Assembly: GCA_964016885.1 (NCBI GenBank)
Contig: OZ024764.1
Coordinates: 17,050,001 to 17,114,000, forward strand
Direction: 5' to 3'
DNA from: Eledone cirrhosa
Taxonomy: Eukaryota
DNA length: 64,000 nt
The translations under genes and the position numbers were made by a program. A model generated the notes under the pieces. The model ran no database searches. It worked only from the letters and a program-made list of their open reading frames with translations, and was not told the DNA's origin. Below are positions 54,705 through 64,000 of the stretch, piece after piece (position 1 is the first letter of the stretch; each line of letters begins with the position of its first letter).

Positions 54705-55960
54705 AGATATCTTTCTTTATTTGCCACAGGGGCGTACAAAAATGGGACATTACAAGACGTGACGGCAGGGGTTTTACATAAAATATTTAACAATGATAAA
54801 TAACAATAAAATATATAAAACAATTGAAATCCCCATTGGGGGTGGGGGGGGGGGGGGGGTAACGCTACTGTGGGGTTGTTTTACACCCCGTGGATAGAAC
54901 AACCCTCAACACCAGGAACGCGTTTTGTATGTGTTTCCGTCTTCCCTCTATTTATCTTCCTCAGCCTACAGGTTTATATACAGAGAAGGCCCATTCACCA
55001 GGGCCATTTTCGCCGTTTCGATAGATAGATAGATAGATTTCTTTATTAGCCACAAGAGCGCACAAGAAAAGGGGATTTTACATACAGTCGTGTAAAAAAT
55101 ATAAAAACAAACAATTACAACAATCGAAATCCCCAATAGGGGGGAGGCGCCACAAATGGGTTGTTTAATACCCCGTCGATAGAACAACCCTCAACTCCAG
55201 TTGTGCAAGTGCTCCTTTCTTCCTTTTGCTCTCTTCCTCAACCTACAGGCTTATAAACAGAGAAGGCCCAATCACTCGGGCCATTTTCGCTTCATTCACC
55301 CACCTTTCAGTAAATTTACTGGGGTGCAGTGCCTCTCTCTCCACCCTGATTCTCCTTCTAAAGTGATACTTAAAGAAGGGAATCAATTGTTGTCCGGAGA
55401 GAAAGGCATCTGTCCTCAGTCCTCTCAACCTCGTCCACCATATAACTTCTTTCACCATATCCACCGTACAGGGGAAAACCGCCTCTCTTTCGTTTTTGAA
55501 AGAGGCTGGCGGTTTGATCCTTACTATGGACTCGGCAGTCAACTGGATTTGTTCCTTACACGACAGCAGTTTTTCTGCATAGTTCCACAGGTCGGTTACG
55601 CCCGGGCAGTGTACAATTGCGTGCAGGACTGTTTCAATGTCCTGCGCGCATCTTGGAAACATCCTCTTGGAAGGATCCCTGCCGGGGCGTCCGTGCCTGT
55701 AGATCTTGTCACGAGCCGGTAGAGCTCCTCGGTAGTACTGCCAGGCCAGAGACCTCTGGAAGTTGTCCATAGGTCCCGGGCGGAAAGTCCAACCAAACAG
55801 ACTGGTGAGCTCATCGTCTTCGATGCCCAGAGTCTCTCCGAGCACGTCGTCGCCCTTGTAACGTACAATCCCTCTATAGAATGTCAAAGTGGAGTCTCCA
55901 CTGATTGCTGTGCCCGCTTGCCAGAGGACTGTGAGCGCCTGAGCGCATTCAATGTGCAAG
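54705..55960 (-). mobile_element. Two Tx1/L1-like LINE 3' fragments (zf-RVT-type C-terminus)
   Basis: LAWQYYRGALP..DK...FPRC..DIETVLHAIVHCP...LW; flanked by (GATA)n. Confidence 0.8.
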
Positions 55961-55986
55961 ATAGATAGATAGATAGATGGATAGAT

Positions 55987-56021
<35 letters not shown>

Positions 56022-56171
56022 GAGAGAGAGAGCTAGACACATCATCATCATCATTGTAACCACAGTCGACCATTCCTGACAAAGTCTCTTCACAATTCAC
56101 ACTTTTCTATTGTTCCTTATTGAGATTTGTATCATCCGAGAGTTCAGGTCTTCCTCTACTGTTATGCTTCA

Positions 56172-57530
56172 CACAATATTACCTTGTGTATAACGTCCTC
56201 TACTGTGTCTTCCGTGAATTAGTTCCCACAATATTACCTTGTGTATAACGTCCTCTACTGTGTCTCCCGTGAATTAGTTCCCACAATATTACCTTGTGTA
56301 TAACGTCCTCTACTGTGTCTCCCGTGAATTAGTTCCCACAATAGTACCTTGTGTATAACGTCCTCTACTGTGTCTCCCGTGAATTAGTTCCCACAATATT
56401 ACCTTGTGTATAACGTCCTCTACTGTGTCTCCCGTGAATTAATTCCCACAATAGTACCTTGTGTATAACGTCCTCTACTGTGTCTCCCGTGAATTAGTTC
56501 CCATAATAGCACCTTGTGTATAACGTCCTCTACTGTGTCTCCCGTGAATTAGTTCCCACAATAGCACCTTGTGTATAACGTCCTCTACTGTGTCTCCCGT
56601 GAATTAGTTCCCACAATAGCACCTTGTATATAACGTCCTCTACTGTGTCTCCCGTGAATTAGTTCCCACAATATTACCTTGTGTATAACGTCCTCTACTG
56701 TGTCTCCCGTGAATTAGTTCCGACAATATTACCTTGTGTATAACGTTCTCTACTGTGTCTCTGGTCGGTTGGTTCCCACAATATTACCTTGTGTATAACA
56801 TCCTCTACTGTAACTCCCATAACTTGGTTCCCACAATAGTACCGTGTGTATATCTTACTCTAATGTGTCTCCTATGAATTAATTCCCACAATAGTAACTT
56901 GTGTATAACTTCCTCCAGTGTGTCTCCTGTAACTTGGTTCCTACAATAGCACCTTGTGTATAACGTCCTCTACTGAGTCTCCAATATGTTGGTTCCCACA
57001 ATAGTACCTCCTGTATAACGTCCTCTATTGTCTCCCATGAATTAGTTCCCATAATATTACCTTGTGTATAACGTCCTCTATTGTCTCATATAATTTGGTT
57101 CCCACAGTAGTAACTTGTGTATAACGTCCTCTATTGTGTCTCCCATGAATTAGTTCCCACAGTAGTACCTTATGTATAACGTCCTCTACTGTGTCTTCAG
57201 TGAATTAGTTCCTACAATAGTACCTTGTGTATAACTTTCTCTACTGTGTCTCCCATATGTTGGCTCCCACAATAGCACTTTGTGTATAACGTCCTCTATT
57301 GTCTCCCGTAACTTGGTTCCCACAGTAGTACCTTGTGTATAACGCCCTCTACTGTGTCCCCCATAACTTGGTTCCCACAATAGCACCATATGTATAACAT
57401 CCTCTACTGTGTCTCCTGTGAATTAGTTCCCACAATATTACCTTGTGTATAACGTCCTCTACTGTGTCTCCCATAACTTGGTTCCCACAATAGTACCTTG
57501 TGTATAACTTACTATAATGTGTCTCCTATG
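56172..57530. repeat. 55-bp minisatellite (about 24 copies) derived from an RTE-like LINE segment
   Basis: Unit acaatattaccttgtgtataacgtcctctactgtgtctcccgtgaattagttccc; minus frame VLLWEPTYGRHSRG resembles 16125-16332. Confidence 0.9.
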
Positions 57531-58238
57531 AATAATATCTGTCTATATGTCTGCATTATGACATTATGACAAACAATGACGAATCATGTTCTCTATAGGG
57601 ATAGAGAGAAAGAGTAACTTAGTGGAAAGATTGCGAATGATCTTTTGAGATAAGTAGCCTCCACCTTACAGCTATTATACTGGAACCTTCTGCCAACTTA
57701 ACCTGTGACTTTCTCTTTCACATTTACTCCAATAGGCCAAAACAGAGGAGTATGAAAAGAAGGGGCTCAACAATATTTCTATGAACAATGTACGTAGACA
57801 GCTAAACTGTACTTTTAACTTCTTAATTTTCTCCAAATAAAACAAGTTTCCTGTCGATATATTTTCGTGAGTTTTTAACAGGCACTCACAAATAAATGTT
57901 TCTCATTGGAGGTGCTATTACCAATGTTCTTACCCGTGCAAAGCCGGGATACACTGCTAGTATATATATATTACTAGAAATAGCAGTCCAACCTCTCGAC
58001 ATACGCTTTCTTATACGTATATATATATATATATATAGTTGCTTGTGTATAATTCTCTGCTTACTTCTCCATCAATGTTCTGCAAATTATAACCGTTTAC
58101 AAAAGGAGTTATGCCCCCCTCTTTCTATTCCTGCCTGAAAAACCAAACCATGTAATTCACAGTAAATATAAACATAAGACAAATATTATAGTTATAAACA
58201 TTTTATTTAGTAGGCGTTAGCTGTTACACTTCCAAGGA

Positions 58239-58826
58239 AGATGGCTGGATAACATCCATGAGCTCGGTTAGTTTAGTCTTGCTTGGGGGGATCCAGCTAG
58301 ATTAGATGGCTGGATAACATCCATGAGCTCGGTTAGTTTAGTCTTGCTTGGGGGGATCCAGCTGGATTAGATGGCTGGATAACATCCATGAGCTCGGTTA
58401 GTTTAGTCTTGCTTGGGGGGATCCAGCTAGATTAGATGGCTGGATAACATCCATGAGCTCGGTTAGTTTAGTCTTGCTTGGGGGGATCCAGCTAGATTAG
58501 ATGGCTGGATAACATCCATGAGCTCGGTTAGTTTAGTCTTGCTTGGGGGGATCCAGCTGGATTAGATGGCTGGATAACATCCATGAGCTCGGTTAGTTTA
58601 GTCTTGCTTGGGGGGGATCCAGCTGGATTAGATGGCTGGATAACATCCATGAGCTCGGTTAGTTTAGTCTTGCTTGGGGGGATCCAGCTAGATTAGATGG
58701 CTGGATAACATCCATGAGCTCGGTTAGTTTAGTCTTGCTTGGGGGGATCCAGCTAGATTAGATGGCTGGATAACATCCATGAGCTCGGTTAGTTTAGTCT
58801 TGCTTGGGGGGATCCAGCTGGATTAG
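58239..58826. repeat. 65-bp minisatellite (about 9 copies)
   Basis: Unit agatggctggataacatccatgagctcggttagtttagtcttgcttggggggatccagctagatt. Confidence 0.95.
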
Positions 58827-58913
58827 CCAGAGCTACTGGATCAAATAACAACAGCAACAACAAGTCTTTAGGTAGACTAGCAGAAAGTCCACCCTTGGGG
58901 TAGTTTTCTGCTG

Positions 58914-60113
58914 ACATGTGTAGTGTGTATATTGATATTATACACAAGTATATATACATGTAGATATGATACATGTGTAGTGTGTATATTGATATTATAC
59001 ACAAGTATATAGACATGTAGATATGATACATGTGTAGTGTGTATATTGATATTATACACAAGTATATAGACATGTAGATATGATACATGTGTAGTGTGTA
59101 TATTGATATTATACACAAGTATATAGATATGTAGATATGATACATGTGTAGTGTGTATATTGATATTATACACAAGTATATAGACATGTAGATATGATAC
59201 ATGTGTAGTGTGTATATTGATATTATACACAAGTATATAGACATGTAGATATGATACATGTGTAGTGTGTATATTGATATTATACACAAGTATATAGACA
59301 TGTAGATATGATACATGTGTAGTGTGTATATTGATATTATACACAGGTATATATACATGTAGATATGATACATGTGTAGTGTGTATATTGATATTATACA
59401 CAAGTATATAGACATGTAGATATGATACATGTGTAGTGTGTATATTGATATTATACACAAGTATATAGACATGTAGATATGATACATGTGTAGTGTGTAT
59501 ATTGATATTATACACAAGTATATAGATATGTAGATATGATACATGTGTAGTGTGTATATTGATATTATACACAAGTATATAGATATGTAGATATGATACA
59601 TGTGTAGTGTGTATATTGATATTATACACAAGTATATAGACATGTAGATATGATACATGTGTAGTGTGTATATTGATATTATACACAAGTATATAGACAT
59701 GTAGATATGATACATGTGTAGTGTGTATATTGATATTATACACAAGTATATAGACATGTAGATATGATACATGTGTAGTGTGTATATTGATATTATACAC
59801 AAGTATATAGACATGTAGATATGATACATGTGTAGTGTGTATATTGATATTATACACAAGTATATAGACATGTAGATATGATACATGTGTAGTGTGTATA
59901 TTGATATTATACACAAGTATATATACATGTAGATATGATACAGGTGTAGTGTGTATATTGATATTATACACAAGTATATAGACATGTAGATATGATACAT
60001 GTGTAGTGTGTATATTGATATTATACACAAGTATATAGACATGTAGATATGATACATGTGTAGTGTGTATATTGATATTATACACAAGTATATAGACATG
60101 TAGATATGATACA
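58914..60113. repeat. 57-bp minisatellite (about 21 copies)
   Basis: Unit acatgtgtagtgtgtatattgatattatacacaagtatatagacatgtagatatgat. Confidence 0.95.
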
Positions 60114-60396
60114 TCAAATAACATCGTAATTGACAATATACACAGAAACTGAACAAAGACTGCGTTACACTGTCTTATGATACATTAAAAAAAGACGATA
60201 TTATATATAAACTGTATTAGGAGAGAATTAGTGACGGAAATATATGAATGTTTATTTAAGCGATCGCTAACCAGAAGTGTTGACATTTGAAAATTTTAAA
60301 GAAGTGAATCTTTAAATAAGCAACAAAATTATTTATATTTAATCAATAATAACGAAACTTAGTAGAGAAATTATGTAATATTCATTTATTATTTAT

Positions 60397-60532
<136 letters not shown>

Positions 60533-60719
60533 GGTAGATAGTTATATAGATAGACAGACAGTTAGATAGATAGAATTAGAAGAGATCAATATTGTATTGA
60601 ATGGTTATTGTGGTTTATTGATTGGTAATACTTGACTTATAAATCATTGGTGGTGGCCATCTGGAAAGGATGGACGATAACAACAACAACAATGGTAGAA
60701 GTGGAGATGATGTAGTTGG

Positions 60720-60949
60720 TTAAGTTGTTTTGAGACGGAGAAATATAGCGAAGGAGTCAGCTGTCCCATGACCTGGCAATAACAACAATAACAACAGTAA
60801 CAACAACAACAACAACAGTAAGTGACCACCACTACTACTACTACCACTACTATTACTACTACTACTACTACCACTACCACTACCACTACAACCACTACTA
60901 CTACTACTATTACTATACTACTACTACTACTACTACTACTACTACAACA

Positions 60950-60981
<32 letters not shown>

Positions 60982-61097
60982 ACTACTACTACCACTACTA
61001 CTACTATCACCACTACTACAACTATATTTACAGCTTGACACCAGTGACATTACAACATAGACATACATATATATATATACAACATATACAAAATATA

Positions 61098-61153
<56 letters not shown>

Positions 61154-61257
61154 CAGTATGTATATATATTATATACAGTATGTATATATATATATATGAA
61201 AACAGGGAGAAAGAGACGATTATTAGGAAGAAAAATATATTTTCCTCTCCACATTTT

Positions 61258-61289
<32 letters not shown>

Positions 61290-61300
61290 TATTATGTACA

Positions 61301-61341
<41 letters not shown>

Positions 61342-61972
61342 GTACAGTATATATATATATATTATATACAGTATGTATATATATATTATATACAGTATGT
61401 ATATATATATTATATACAGTATGTATATATATATTATATACAGTATGTATATATATATTATATACAGTATGTATATATATATTATGTACAGTATATATAT
61501 ATATATATATATATTATATACAGTATGTATATATATATTATATACAGTATATATATATATATATTATATACAGTATGTATATATATATTATATACAGTAT
61601 GTATATATATATTATATACAGTATGTATATATATATTATGTACAGTATATATATATATATATATATATTATATACAGTATGTATATATATATTATATACA
61701 GTATATATATATATATATTATATACAGTATGTATATATATATTATATACAGTATGTATATATATATTATATACAGTATATATATATATATTATGTACAGT
61801 ATATATATATATATATTATATACAGTATGTATATATATATTATATACAGTATATATATATATATATTATATACAGTATGTATATATATATTATATACAGT
61901 ATGTATATATATATTATGTACAGTATATATATATATATATTATATACAGTATGTATATATATATTATGTACA

Positions 61973-62028
<56 letters not shown>

Positions 62029-62355
62029 CTTGGCACCAGTGATATCACAATACATTTCTACAGCTGAGTAAACTGGAGCAACATGAAATAAAGTGTCTTG
62101 CTCAAGAACACAACACTAAGCTCAATTGCAAGCCTGATGCTCTAACCACTAAGCCATGTGCCTCCACACACACAGAGTAAAATAAAAGTTGTATTACCTT
62201 TATCCCAAGTAGTTGCTGAAATGTTAGTTGAATAAAATATTACAGGGTAGTGTGGTGAAACTGTCCAATTACAATATGATTTAGCTTCTAGGATAACCAA
62301 CCAACCACGGTCCCTTGCACAAGTAGCCTCATAAGCTATATAGAAACGTCGCCGA
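60720..62355 (-). CDS. Uncharacterised secreted protein, copy C: last two exons (62355-62198 and 60772-60720); 5' exons presumably beyond the right edge
   Basis: [52 protein letters not shown] plus [17 protein letters not shown]; intact splice sites; inverted homologue of copy A exons 4-5. Confidence 0.82.
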
Positions 62356-62535
62356 CTGAAACAGATGAGGTGAACATGGTTAGCTTTTAGTTTTGTGATA
62401 AAAAAGAATCTATAGATACACATGGGATATGCAGCTAACAGTTTAGGGTTTATATGTGGTTGGTGCAGATGAGAACTTAACAGATGGACCTCACAAGAAA
62501 CACTATCAAATGCTCAAAAAGCTCCATGCAGTGGA

Positions 62536-63875
62536 TTGGCAGTATCGGTAGAGGGTCGGACGCCATGCTTTGACGCATAGAGTTATGGCCCTTTGCACGT
62601 TGGCAGTATCGGTAGAGGGTCGGACACCATGCTTTGACGCATAGAGTTATGGCCCTTTGCACGTTGGCAGTATCGGTAGAGGGTCGGACACCATGCTTTG
62701 ACGCATAGAGTTATGGCCCTTTGCACGTTGGCAGTATCGGTAGAGGGTCGGACGCCATGCTTTGACGCATAGAGTTATGGCCCTTTGCACGTTGGCAGTA
62801 TCGGTAGAGGGTCGGACACCATGCTTTGACGCATAGAGTTATGGCCCTTTGCACGTTGGCAGTATCGGTAGAGGGTCGGACACCATGCTTTGACGCATAG
62901 AGTTATGGCCCTTTGCACGTTGGCAGTATCGGTAGAGGGTCGGACGCCATGCTTTGACGCATAGAGTTATGGCCCTTTGCACGTTGGCAGTATCGGTAGA
63001 GGGTCGGACACCATGCTTTGACGCATAGAGTTATGGCCCTTTGCACGTTGGCAGTATCGGTAGAGGGTCGGACACCATGCTTTGACGCATAGAGTTATGG
63101 CCCTTTGCACGTTGGCAGTATCGGTAGAGGGTCGGACACCATGCTTTGACGCATAGAGTTATGGCCCTTTGCACGTTGGCAGTATCGGTAGAGGGTCGGA
63201 CACCATGCTTTGACGCATAGAGTTATGGCCCTTTGCACGTTGGCAGTATCGGTAGAGGGTCGGACGCCATGCTTTGGCGCATAGAGTTATGGTCCTTTGC
63301 ACGTTGGCAGTATCGGTAGAGGGTCGGACGCCATGCTTTGACGCATAGAGTTATGGCCCTTTGCACGTTGGCAGTATCGGTAGAGGGTCGGACGCCATGC
63401 TTTGGCGCATAGAGTTATGGCCCTTTGCACGTTGGCAGTATCGGTAGAGGGTCGGACGCCATGCTTTGACGCATAGAGTTATGGCCCTTTGCACGTTGGC
63501 AGTATCGGTAGAGGGTCGGACGCCATGCTTTGACGCATAGAGTTATGGCCCTTTGCACGTTGGCAGTATCGGTAGAGGGTCGGACGCCATGCTTTGACGC
63601 ATAGAGTTATGGCCCTTTGCACGTTGGCAGTATCGGTAGAGGGTCGGACGCCATGCTTTGGCGCATAGAGTTATGGCCCTTTGCACGTTGGCAGTATCGG
63701 TAGAGGGTCGGACGCCATGCTTTGGCGCATAGAGTTACGGCTCTTGTCATTCTGAGTTCAAATCCCGCCGAGGTTAACTTTGCCTTTCATCCTTTACGGG
63801 GTCGATAAAATAAAGTACCAGTAATACACTGAGATAATTTGCTGGCCTTGTGCCAAAAGTAGAAACAATTATTTT
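62536..63875 (+). mobile_element. Second SINE family whose tRNA-like head is amplified as a 64-bp tandem array (about 19 copies)
   Basis: Unit ttggcagtatcggtagagggtcggacgccatgctttgacgcatagagttatggccctttgcacg, then B-box GAGTTCAAATCC and core gcctttcatcc..ggggtcgataaaataaagtaccag; single copies at 5378-5545, 50265-50480 and 54360-54550. Confidence 0.85.
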
Positions 63876-64000
63876 TATTTAAGAAGAAGGCAAAGAAGAA
63901 GATAATGACATACTGTTTTCCAACAATTGAGAACACAGGGGGTGATCCTTGCCACAGAGGGGCAGCCAGATTACTGAAATGGAACCAATTTTCTTTTGAT

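Noticed and set aside
58789-60156. 455-aa and 419-aa ORFs
   Set aside because: 57-bp tandem repeat that happens to lack stops; no coding features.

Overview
AT-rich, microsatellite-dense animal genomic DNA. The SINE/LINE complement, the (TA)/(CA) tracts and a C2H2 zinc-finger remnant suggest a cephalopod, probably Octopus (inference). Nearly all long ORFs in the supplied track are artefacts of micro- and minisatellites. Reading splice sites by hand gives four real genes. (1) A clan-3, CYP3A-like cytochrome P450 on the minus strand: 11 in-phase GT-AG exons from ATG 16692 down to 761, continuing past the left edge. (2) Three paralogues of an uncharacterised secreted protein (signal peptide, PAN/Apple-like domain, Trp-rich C-terminal domain). 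Copy A (30722-35812, +, 291 aa) and copy B (41574-50965, +, 295 aa) are complete; only the last two exons of copy C (62355-60720, -) are in the window. The paralogues are a mosaic of near-identical and highly divergent segments, and the few changes inside the near-identical segments are almost all non-synonymous, which suggests gene conversion plus diversifying selection. The non-coding DNA holds about 10 minimal type-I hammerhead-ribozyme-like motifs of Penelope type with covarying stems, several long fold-back palindromes, TTAA-flanked MITEs with internal tandem amplification, microsatellite-targeted Tx1-like LINE ends, and many minisatellites that grew out of SINE/LINE segments.
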